This document shows, piece by piece, positions 28,562 to 36,920 of a stretch of DNA of 64,000 bases. The stretch spans positions 16,313 to 80,312 of the IMG/VR virus record IMGVR_UViG_2788500073_000001; one strand, written 5' to 3'. A model generated the notes under the pieces. It searched no databases, had not been told where the DNA came from, and worked only from the letters and a program-made list of their open reading frames with translations. Made by a program: the position numbers and the translations under genes. The stretch is from a virus. Its lineage: Duplodnaviria; Caudoviricetes. Within the stretch, counting starts at the first letter, position 1. The number at the start of each line of letters is the position of its first letter.

Positions 28562-29269
28562 TTAAGCCATCCCGACTTCCACGCCATTGGAATCCTGCCC
28601 CCAGCTGACGATCACCTGCTCGTCGGCGGTAAAATCCGCCGCGATCCCGTTCTCCCGGAAAATTTCAATCAGTTTTGAGAGAACAAGAGCTTCGGTTGGC
28701 AACCGAAGCTCTTCGTGATCATTCAGGAGACAGGTGTGGATGCTTGGGTCTTCGTTGGCAATGCAGGAGAGCAGCTCCATCAGCCTTGATTCGCCGGTGC
28801 TGCCGTCTTCCTCATCCTTGGAATTCCACCAGGCTTCCGCCTGGCTCTGGGCTTCTTCCGGCGATAGTTCCCGTTTGCACAGCTGTTCTGGTATGAACTG
28901 CATGGCCGGCGCTTCGTTATGGGGAGCGTCCGGCGATGGTTCATCGGAACTGCCAGAGAATTTTTCCTCAAATTCCCGGCTGTCCATATTCCAGATCTGA
29001 GCGCCAATTTTAAAGAACCTGCCGATCCGGTCGGACACCCGATCCCAAAGGGCCATAAGTCCCAGTATAGGGGCTTGCAGCATAGCCTTGGCGAAAGAAA
29101 CGGCATTCTTAAAATAGACCCGGCAGGGTCCCACCGCTGCGAAGATCAGCAAAAACACTAACACAACAGTTGGCAGCGCGACGGCAATCCGACAGGCCAC
29201 CATTGCCAAAAGGAGCCTTACCAAAAGGCCCGAGCCGAACGGCTTACTTTTTTGATTCATTTTGGTCAT
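28562..29269 (-). CDS. hypothetical membrane protein
   Basis: Hydrophobic N-terminal segments; overlaps the stop region of the upstream gene. Confidence 0.65.
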   Translation of the reverse strand: MTKMNQKSKPFGSGLLVRLLLAMVACRIAVALPTVVLVFLLIFAAVGPCRVYFKNAVSFAKAMLQAPILGLMALWDRVSDRIGRFFKIGAQIWNMDSREFEEKFSGSSDEPSPDAPHNEAPAMQFIPEQLCKRELSPEEAQSQAEAWWNSKDEEDGSTGESRLMELLSCIANEDPSIHTCLLNDHEELRLPTEALVLSKLIEIFRENGIAADFTADEQVIVSWGQDSNGVEVGMA

Positions 29270-29915
29270 TTTCTATTTCCTTCTTTCCGATTTTTGCATA
29301 ATTTACATCGAATAACTTGAGTCCCAGAACGCCGAATGCGGTAGCTTCCAGTTTTCCCTGCGCAATGATGTGCGCTTTGTCCTTTAATTTCAACCGTTCC
29401 ACCTTGTCAGCCACTTCACCGTATCCGGTGCAGTAAACCGTCAGATAGGTTTCCCGGTCAAAGTCTGAGGAGGGATTGGAGAAAAGGCTGAACGCGACTT
29501 TCCGATAGTCCCCATGATCCTTGAAGATCTCGGTATCGGAAAGTTTGCGCACACCGCCTTCCATCTGGGCAACAGAAAAGATGGGCTCTTTTTCCGCGCT
29601 GAAGGTCACATCCAGGGCGTAGACACGAAGCTGGTCGATTTCCTGGCCGCTGTCGCGGTCCTGATAAGCGATCCTTTGCATAACTCCAATTACACGCAGG
29701 AGGCTGCCTTCCGCAATCCCTTTTTCCAGCTCTTCAGCCTGCTCTTTGACAGCTGCGAAGCCGGAACGGCCGGTAATGACAAGTTCGATGTCGATCGTGT
29801 TCTCTGATTTGTATTTCCCTGAAAAAACACAGGGCAGCGTTGCAGATTTTCCGCTTTTTGAGAAGACAAATCTTTCTGCTGCCGGACGAAGATCCAGGAT
29901 CACATTACATGGCAT
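29244..29915 (-). CDS. tandem OB-fold SSB-like protein
   Basis: Two SSB-like repeats ('AEELEKG..EGSLLRVIG', 'GEVADKVERLKLKDKAHIIAQGKL'). Confidence 0.55.
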   Translation of the reverse strand: MPCNVILDLRPAAERFVFSKSGKSATLPCVFSGKYKSENTIDIELVITGRSGFAAVKEQAEELEKGIAEGSLLRVIGVMQRIAYQDRDSGQEIDQLRVYALDVTFSAEKEPIFSVAQMEGGVRKLSDTEIFKDHGDYRKVAFSLFSNPSSDFDRETYLTVYCTGYGEVADKVERLKLKDKAHIIAQGKLEATAFGVLGLKLFDVNYAKIGKKEIENDQNESKK

Positions 29916-29965
29916 TGTTGGTTCCCCTTTCTTTAGGTGCCTAAACGGCTGATGGTTTATAGACG

Positions 29966-30125
29966 AAAAAAGGCACGGTCGCGCCCAGAAGGGCGCAATC
30001 GTGCCGTTAGGTTTCACACCGGCCAGCTGTCAACAGGGACGGGAGGCCTTACTTTACTGCTTCGGTGAGCAGCGGATACTTTCATGGAATACCTGAAGTG
30101 TACTCCCGTTTTTGTATCGTGTCAA
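29966..30125 (-). promoter_or_regulatory. dispersed promoter-leader-terminator repeat, copy 4 (lacks the downstream extension)
   Basis: Same promoter, leader and terminator. Confidence 0.9.
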
Positions 30126-30364
30126 GGGCCGGCACTTGATTTCTACTGCCAATATGGTATGATGATAGAGAAGGAAAGCATTGTCTTTTCCTTATTCTCC
30201 CGCCGGTCGGACTGCCGTTGTTACCATCCATCTTTCCCGTACATTCCTGTATTGACCAGCATCAAAAAAGTCCGGCCATGTCTATCCGGTGCCGCCTGTT
30301 CCGCCTCGAAAAGTTAGGAAGGAATGGGTGGCTTTTTATTTTTTCTGAGGATCAGTAAATTTGT

Positions 30365-30404
30365 GTTGCAAATGCGGTGATTCCTCGTCTTTTATTATGA
30401 GAGG
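30365..30404 (+). promoter_or_regulatory. putative ECF-sigma promoter (autoregulatory)
   Basis: GTTGCA-N15-CGTCTT...TATGAGAGG, repeated at 31820-31859. Confidence 0.6.
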
Positions 30405-31003
30405 TGATACATTTGATTTTCCTTATGCTGCAGGCAATCGAAGACGAATCTGACCGCAACCGGCTGTCCGCCTTCTATTTGCAGTATTATGGCCTGCTGA
30501 AAGCCAAAGCAGAATTTGTTTTGAAGCAATTCCATATTGGGGGTTCTTCCAATTTGGCTGAAGATATGGTTCAGGATGCGATGGCCAAAATGATCCAGAA
30601 TATTGATACGATTTCAAAATTAAGCGATCCTCAGCTGGTAGCTTACGGTGTCAAAACGGTACAATCCTGCGCCACTGACTACTGCCGGAAAATGATTTCA
30701 CAGCAAAAAGCCATTGAAGATAAAGGGATTTTAGAAGGAGCTGATGAGGATAAAGTATGGGAAGACTATACCGGTCTTTTTACCGAAGAAGATCCCATGC
30801 TTTTTCTTGGAGGGGTTCTGGCGGCCCTTCCCCAAAAAAGTCGTGATGTCCTCCTCTACAAACATTATTTTGACTATAGCGACAAAAAAATCGCGGAGCT
30901 TTTAGGGATACAAGAAAATTCAGTACGGATGGCACTGTCAAGAGCAAGAAAAAAGGTACGAAAAACTTGGGCTGCAATCAAAAAGGAAAAAGGAGAAGGA
31001 TGA
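30404..31003 (+). CDS. ECF RNA polymerase sigma factor
   Basis: 'AEDMVQDAM' region 2; 'IAELLGIQENSVRMALSRARKK' region 4. Confidence 0.88.
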   Translation: MIHLIFLMLQAIEDESDRNRLSAFYLQYYGLLKAKAEFVLKQFHIGGSSNLAEDMVQDAMAKMIQNIDTISKLSDPQLVAYGVKTVQSCATDYCRKMISQQKAIEDKGILEGADEDKVWEDYTGLFTEEDPMLFLGGVLAALPQKSRDVLLYKHYFDYSDKKIAELLGIQENSVRMALSRARKKVRKTWAAIKKEKGEG

Positions 31004-31006
31004 CAG

Positions 31007-31759
31007 ATGATTTATAATAATGAGCAGCAGCTTTTAAAGGTAGAAGACGAACTATTTAATTTGGCACTATTGGGACTTTTGGAGATTGAAGGGCGTAAAC
31101 TGATCGAGGAAAAAGAGCAGATGGTCCAAAGGGGAGAATACGCTTCCCCGCCTGCGGATCAGCTGCGCCGCATTGAAAAAATGATCCGGCAGGGCGAAAG
31201 AAAAAAAGTGTTCCAATCATCTATTCGAAAAATTTCCCCTGTTATTTCAAAGGTCGCTGTGTGGTTTATGGTGTTTATCATGGGAACCGGCACCGTGGTC
31301 TTTGCCTCAGCTGATATACGCGAAGCGCTCTATCGGCTGATTGTTGAACAACACGAAAGATATTCGCAAATTGAACTGCAGCAGGGAGAAGAAAATAATG
31401 CTGAATATATCTCCAATGCCGCTTCTTATGTTCCGTCCTATGTGCCGGACCAAATGGAATTAGATCAGATTGAAAAATTGCGGTACAGTGTCAACGCATC
31501 CTATATTGGAAAGGACAATGAGGAACTGTACCTGACCTTCCGGCAGATCGATCCTACCGGCAGCGCGGAAATCCGCGTGGACACCGAGGATGCGAATCGG
31601 ATTGAAAGCGTTGCGATAGGAAGCAGCGAAGGGCTCCTGGTTGAAAAAGACGGATCTATTCAGATCGTCTGGAACGCAGATGGGACTGTTTTGACGGTGA
31701 TCTCCAATCTCAACGAGGAAGAGGTGCTCCGTTTTGCACAGGGGATTCAAACTCCATAG
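31007..31759 (+). CDS. anti-sigma factor (DUF4367-like)
   Basis: Single TM, 'YVPSYVP', 'DTEDA', 'IVW...ISNLNEEEVLRFAQGI'. Confidence 0.78.
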   Translation: MIYNNEQQLLKVEDELFNLALLGLLEIEGRKLIEEKEQMVQRGEYASPPADQLRRIEKMIRQGERKKVFQSSIRKISPVISKVAVWFMVFIMGTGTVVFASADIREALYRLIVEQHERYSQIELQQGEENNAEYISNAASYVPSYVPDQMELDQIEKLRYSVNASYIGKDNEELYLTFRQIDPTGSAEIRVDTEDANRIESVAIGSSEGLLVEKDGSIQIVWNADGTVLTVISNLNEEEVLRFAQGIQTP

Positions 31760-31819
31760 GGCCAGAATTACGAAAATGAGGGGATGGTGAAAACTTTTCC
31801 CTCATTTTTTATTTTATCG

Positions 31820-31859
31820 GTTGCATTTTGCCTTGTCTCCCGTCTTATTCTATGAGAGG
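31820..31859 (+). promoter_or_regulatory. putative ECF-sigma promoter (target gene)
   Basis: GTTGCA-N15-CGTCTT...TATGAGAGG. Confidence 0.6.
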
Positions 31860-31877
31860 ACTAAAGGAGGCAATCAC

Positions 31878-32270
31878 ATGAAATCAATGAAGCGCGCTCT
31901 CAGCCTGGGCCTTGCCCTGATGGTTATGACGGCAGCTACCAGCGTAGCCTACGCCAGATATGCCTACATCCGCCAATTTACCTTTGACGGGGATATTGGT
32001 GCGACATCGGTGTACGGGGAGGCCTATGTGTCGCTGGATGGACAGGACTCATCCATGACCACCATCACCTTACAACGCTCCAGCGATGGAGGCCGTACCT
32101 ATAAGACCGACCGGGTGCTGACTGCCAGGCATACGACCAGCAGCTCCTACTCTGCGGTGGGCGAGGCCGATAACCTCAACCCCGCCTATGAGTACCGGCT
32201 GAAAGCTGAGGTCTTCGTCTATGACGAAGATAACAACGAAATCGACTACGACGTAGCATATATCGACTAA
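31878..32270 (+). CDS. small secreted beta-rich protein
   Basis: RBS AAGGAGG; Sec signal ending in AYA. Confidence 0.75.
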   Translation: MKSMKRALSLGLALMVMTAATSVAYARYAYIRQFTFDGDIGATSVYGEAYVSLDGQDSSMTTITLQRSSDGGRTYKTDRVLTARHTTSSSYSAVGEADNLNPAYEYRLKAEVFVYDEDNNEIDYDVAYID

Positions 32271-32435
32271 ACCCAAGTGTTCCTCTCACAATTTCATAAA
32301 AACTCAGGGTGTGCAGCGCAAAACGACGCTTGCCATACCCTGAGTTTTTTATCCACTGAAAGGGGGCGATCCCGATGATGTAACCTATCTTCGCCGGAAA
32401 ATCCACACGAAAAGCAACAATGGGAGGTTGAGAGA

Positions 32436-33137
32436 TTGATTGCTTTTTCCAGAACCGATATGGAACTGCTCGCTGACAGCATTATCACTGATTATCGTGG
32501 GAGTGTGTTGACTCCATTCAGCCCGGTTGACGTTGACCGCTTGGCTTCTGAATATCTGGGCTTGGATGTTTCCTACATGGATTTTCCCCAGGATTCCGAA
32601 ATCCTGGGCGTGACCGCCTATTCACAGTGCTGCCTGCACTTAAAAGGCCAGGATATTCAACTTAATTCCAATACTGTCCTCCTGGCCAAATCCCTGAAGC
32701 CCGGGGAACGGGGCGCCAATGAAGGCCGCCGGCGCTTTACTCTGGCTCACGAGTGCGCTCATCAGATCCTCTACCGGTATGAATCGGCTGTGGCACGGGA
32801 AGAAATCTGCCGGCCTTATTCCTGCCGGCGGGCGTTCTCTTTGCGGGAGCTGAAAACCCATGAAGATTGGAATGAGTGGCAGGCAGATGCCCTTGGTGCC
32901 GCGCTGCTGATGCCGGAAGAGCTTGTGAGGCGCGTGGTATACCTTTTTACCCCTGATAATAAGCTGACGCGCTATGGGGACTGGTTCCCGCCGGAGGAGT
33001 ACCGGCGTCTGGACAATATGAGCCGCTTCCTTGGCGTGTCGCACGCTGCTTTGCTGATCCGCCTCAAACAGCTGGGACTTCTGGAGCAGAAGAGATCCGG
33101 TGATTATCGAAATCCTTTGGATGTGGTGGCTGCATGA
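32436..33137 (+). CDS. ImmA/IrrE family metallopeptidase
   Basis: RRRFTLAHECAH, EWQADALGAALLMP. Confidence 0.9.
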   Translation: MIAFSRTDMELLADSIITDYRGSVLTPFSPVDVDRLASEYLGLDVSYMDFPQDSEILGVTAYSQCCLHLKGQDIQLNSNTVLLAKSLKPGERGANEGRRRFTLAHECAHQILYRYESAVAREEICRPYSCRRAFSLRELKTHEDWNEWQADALGAALLMPEELVRRVVYLFTPDNKLTRYGDWFPPEEYRRLDNMSRFLGVSHAALLIRLKQLGLLEQKRSGDYRNPLDVVAA

Positions 33138-33364
33138 AGAAAAGACAATTTGTACCGCCAACGCCTCAGATGTTGGCGAAGATCAGAAAAGCCGAGCTGG
33201 ATGTGGTCGGGCATAATCAGAGAAACATTATGTGCCCGTACTGCCGGCGCCGCGCTATCATCGTATTTGACGATGCCAGCGGTCACATCCAGACCCGCTG
33301 TAAGCACTGCGGGAAAGAGGTCATCATTGACCTGGTGAATATGAGAAGAACCCGACGGTTCTGA
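33134..33364 (+). CDS. small Zn-ribbon protein
   Basis: CPYC...CKHC; ATGA overlap with the immA-like gene. Confidence 0.75.
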   Translation: MKKRQFVPPTPQMLAKIRKAELDVVGHNQRNIMCPYCRRRAIIVFDDASGHIQTRCKHCGKEVIIDLVNMRRTRRF

Positions 33365-33431
33365 TCATATACCTGCCGGTTAGGCAGGCTGAGTACGAAT
33401 ATCCACACAAACGAAAATGACGCCGTGCACG

Positions 33432-33535
33432 GAGCCGCCGATGGCTGGACTTCCAAAGCCGCAACGAAAACCCTTTGCAAAAAGGGCTTTTCAACTGTGG
33501 CTTTGGATACGTCTGGGCCACCTGGCGGCTTTATT
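33432..33535 (+). promoter_or_regulatory. long hairpin/attenuator upstream of the sigma-like gene
   Basis: GAGCCGCC...GGCGGCTT closing nested TCCAAAGCC/GGCTTTGGA and CCCTTT/AAAGGG stems, followed by a T-rich run. Confidence 0.55.
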
Positions 33536-33579
33536 AGTTTTCCCTTCCCGGCTCCTCGCGGCCGGAAGGAGAAAACATC

Positions 33580-34014
33580 ATGGCACGACACAAGAAAATC
33601 CGCGACAAGTATTTCATCAATCTGAACGGCCAGAAAATTGAGGTCACGAGGGAGGTCTATGAAGCCTGGTACGGCGGGGAGCGGAAGGAACGCTACCTGG
33701 AGGAGCGCGAGCGTGATTTCGGGGTTTATCCTGCCAGCAGTCTCACCGATGCCGACGGAGAACTCGATCCCCTGGACGCTGCCCAGTCCTCAGCAAATAC
33801 GGAAGAAGAAGTGGAGCAGAAGGAAGAGTATGCGGAACTCTACAAAGCCCTTCATACTTTGCCGGAAAAGGAGCGCACAGTGCTCCATCAGCTCTTTTTC
33901 CAGGGACTTACCATTGCGCGGATAGCCGAGCTGGAAGGCCTCGATGAGAGCAGCATCCGCTGGAGAAGGGACAGCGCCATCAAGAAGCTGAAAAAATATT
34001 TTGAGAAAATCTGA
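33580..34014 (+). CDS. sigma-70 region 4 protein (Tn916 Orf7-like)
   Basis: 'IEVTREVY', 'ALHTLPEKER...IAELEG...AIKKLKK'. Confidence 0.8.
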   Translation: MARHKKIRDKYFINLNGQKIEVTREVYEAWYGGERKERYLEERERDFGVYPASSLTDADGELDPLDAAQSSANTEEEVEQKEEYAELYKALHTLPEKERTVLHQLFFQGLTIARIAELEGLDESSIRWRRDSAIKKLKKYFEKI

Positions 34015-34173
34015 AAAACTCTCCCGGATTGGGCTGATTTTTAGGATATAAGATAGAGGGGTTTTTAACAGCTCCTCAAAGGAAGCGAAAGCCCCGGCTA
34101 GGACGGCTCGCCGCAGAGTGCCGGAAAGCAAAGGACTTTCAAAACTGAATGATTTTAAAAAGGAGAGATTACT

Positions 34174-35160
34174 ATGGCACTTGTAAATGGTGCGACTTAT
34201 CGGTTTGAGAACCGTGCTGATCCTAACCGTTCTCTGAATGTGTACGGCAACAGCCCTGCTTCTCTTGCCAATGTTTGCCTGTGGACCTCGGATGACGATG
34301 ACATTTGCCAGCAGTGGGTTTACATGAAGTCTGGCAGCCATGCGTATCTCGTGTGCAAGGGCAATCAGAATCTGGCCCTGGATCTCTACACCGGTTCCGG
34401 TTCTTCGACTGTGAAGAACTACAACGCGCATGTCTATGCGCCTTCCGAGACCTCTTACATTGAGATCGAGGAGTCGGACGGCGATTACATCCAGATTAAG
34501 CTGGAGGAGTATTCCAACAAGTATCTGACTGCCAACCAGGGCAGCAACGGTACTTCCGGCGGTAAGGATGTCAATGCGGCTGGTAACGTTTACTTCTACA
34601 ACGGAGGTCTGACCGACGACAGCCAGGATTGGCTGCCGGTTCGGCTGGATGGAGGTTCTGCCCCTGAACCAGGTGATGAAGGCGAAGGTAATGGCACAAT
34701 CACTGTTGGCCAAAGACCTTCTACCCTTAATTACAATCGTGCTTGCTATGGGCCTAGCTTCAACCGTTTCCATGAAGATTATGCTCCGGGTAATGGGACA
34801 GCACAGTGCACCTGGCATTGTTATGGCCGAGCTTTCGAGGTGCTCGGTAAAACGATTCAGTTCTCTGGTTCCGGTGGTCTTCACGGGAAGTATTGGTATG
34901 ATCGAATCACCAATGGAGAGCAGTCGAGCGTTCCCAAAGCAAATTCCATCGCAGTATGGGATGATGGAGGCAGTTATGGTCATGTTGGTTATGTAGAGAA
35001 GGTAGACAGTAATTATGTTTATGTTTCTGAGGCTAACTGGGGCCCTGATTACACCATGAATGTTCTGGATGCGACTGACGGCCAGGTAAAGCGATTCCCG
35101 AGAGATGATATGGATCGTGGTAGTTACGCTTTCGTAGGCTATGTCCACCTTGACATTTAA
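34174..35160 (+). CDS. ricin-B-like + CHAP peptidoglycan hydrolase
   Basis: QQW/QDW ricin-type repeats; CHAP motifs QCTWHC, YGHVGYVE, VSEANW; no signal peptide. Confidence 0.85.
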   Translation: MALVNGATYRFENRADPNRSLNVYGNSPASLANVCLWTSDDDDICQQWVYMKSGSHAYLVCKGNQNLALDLYTGSGSSTVKNYNAHVYAPSETSYIEIEESDGDYIQIKLEEYSNKYLTANQGSNGTSGGKDVNAAGNVYFYNGGLTDDSQDWLPVRLDGGSAPEPGDEGEGNGTITVGQRPSTLNYNRACYGPSFNRFHEDYAPGNGTAQCTWHCYGRAFEVLGKTIQFSGSGGLHGKYWYDRITNGEQSSVPKANSIAVWDDGGSYGHVGYVEKVDSNYVYVSEANWGPDYTMNVLDATDGQVKRFPRDDMDRGSYAFVGYVHLDI

Positions 35161-35164
35161 AGCA

Positions 35165-35203
35165 GAAAAAATCCTGGGAGGCTTTCCCTCCCAGGATTTT
35201 TTT
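35165..35203. terminator. bidirectional terminator
   Basis: AAAAAATCCTGGGAGG...CCTCCCAGGATTTTTT. Confidence 0.85.
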
Positions 35204-36014
35204 ATAAAACAGAGCAAGAAAGAAAACGCCAGCCATATTCTTCAGAGTATTCTAAAGTCACTGTTGAAGATGTTGCAGGATCATTTTCCGAAGAAGCAGC
35301 AGTACGAGTTTCACATGACAATATTGCAATGCCATTTTTAATATTACAGTCTATAATGGTTGTCGTTGAGCTGATGCCACCTCCACCCATAGGTGCCCAA
35401 TATCCGTCAATTTCCGGATCATAATTTTCAATCATATCGTGAAGATTATCTGATGGAATTTTAAAATACTCCTGTAAGGCTTGATCCATTATCCGTGCCG
35501 GTGTAAAAGGATAATCATAAAAATTTTGATTTTGAAGGGTTCTTACAGCATATTGATATGTGCTTTCCAAATTATCTCCTAGTATATAGCATCCAGCCGT
35601 ATAAAGATAGTATCCATCTTCATCCGAATTAGAATCATCGAAATTAGAGGCAAAAATGTTAGAAGGTGCTATTTTGTTTATTTTTTCGGTGAATAATGCC
35701 ATCAATTCTGGGGTGATATCCTGATTTAAAACTGCATCAGTCGAGTCCGACTCGGTGGAATCTGAAGAACTATAAGTATTGGGATCTTCTTGATTATTTA
35801 TCACAACAGAACTGCTATTACTTTCAGATGAATTTGATGCCTCGACTTCCGATGATGGTGAACTACTCTCCGGCTCATCTTCTGGAGCAGAAGATGAGGG
35901 CATCTCAATTACAGATGATGGCCGATTCTCTTCCGCAGGAGATTCCATGCGGATTGTACAGCCTGTTGTGAGCATGATTACAGTGAACACTGCCGCCCAG
36001 ATCCTTTTTTTCAT
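35202..36014 (-). CDS. lipoprotein
   Basis: Lipobox LTTGC, Ser-rich linker, visibly AT-rich. Confidence 0.8.
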   Translation of the reverse strand: MKKRIWAAVFTVIMLTTGCTIRMESPAEENRPSSVIEMPSSSAPEDEPESSSPSSEVEASNSSESNSSSVVINNQEDPNTYSSSDSTESDSTDAVLNQDITPELMALFTEKINKIAPSNIFASNFDDSNSDEDGYYLYTAGCYILGDNLESTYQYAVRTLQNQNFYDYPFTPARIMDQALQEYFKIPSDNLHDMIENYDPEIDGYWAPMGGGGISSTTTIIDCNIKNGIAILSCETRTAASSENDPATSSTVTLEYSEEYGWRFLSCSVL

Positions 36015-36062
36015 TAAAATCTCTCCTTTTTAATTTTTCCAGATTGTGAGGTGATATGAATA

Positions 36063-36500
36063 ATGGACGAAAAAGTGAAGATTGCCCTTTCTGGCTTCTG
36101 TGGCGCACTGGCTGCGTTGGCAGAGAATTATGGCTTGATCCTGACGCTCTGCTGTACCTTCATTCTTATTGACCTGGCTACCGGCCTTGCCAAAGCGAAG
36201 ATCCAGGGCAAAATCAATAGCGACACCGGCTACAAGGGCTTCTGGCGCAAGGCAGCCATGCTGGCGGCCTTGGTATTCGGCATCTGTCTGGATGTGCTCT
36301 TTGACTATGTAGCCGGACTCGGTGTTGTTTCAATTACCGTATCTTCGCCGGTGGGGCGCATTCTGGCACTCTACATAGCGATCAACGAGTGCATTTCGAT
36401 CTGTGAGAACCTGATCGCCTGCGGCGTGAAGATGCCGAAGTTTCTTTCGGCCGCTCTGGCCGCCGCGAAGGACGGCCTGGATCAAGATCAGAAAGAATAA
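36063..36500 (+). CDS. phage holin family protein
   Basis: 'DLATG...INSDTGYKGFWRK...NECISICENL...GVKMP'. Confidence 0.88.
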   Translation: MDEKVKIALSGFCGALAALAENYGLILTLCCTFILIDLATGLAKAKIQGKINSDTGYKGFWRKAAMLAALVFGICLDVLFDYVAGLGVVSITVSSPVGRILALYIAINECISICENLIACGVKMPKFLSAALAAAKDGLDQDQKE

Positions 36501-36920
36501 CAAAAACGACCTGTATGAAATGGGCCGTTTTTGTTTTAAGGGATCGACATGCTGACCACCACCTTCGTACAGCAGAATTTCGCCATAATCTCTTTCACAT
36601 ATAAAGACGGGAAATGGGGCAAAGTGCAACATGGTACAGGAGATAATTTTAATGTTTTTACTTTTAAGTTAAAAATAAATGGACGAATATGTTAAATATG
36701 TACAGTGAAGTTTGGCTCTTTTTTTGTGTACCGCTGTAAGCGGTTTTTTGTTACAATGAATATAGAAGGATAATCTTCTCTGCAAGCCCCGTTTTGAAAA
36801 GGCTATCCTTCAAAATGCTTTAATGGAAAGCGGCATATAGAGTTTGCTGGAAGAATGCTCTTCCGGCAAGATAGAAAGTCTTTCCAGATTCACTTGAATG
36901 ATCCATAAGGAGGAAGATTC

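Noticed and set aside
34174-36500. Evidence for an intact prophage from holin plus lysin
   Set aside because: No terminase, portal, capsid or tail genes in the window, and the two genes are separated by an opposite-strand lipoprotein.
36729-36745. TACCGCTGTAAGCGG resembling the sequence just after the tRNA (2056-2072) as a second att site
   Set aside because: Short, gapped match with no tRNA 3' sequence; consistent with chance.
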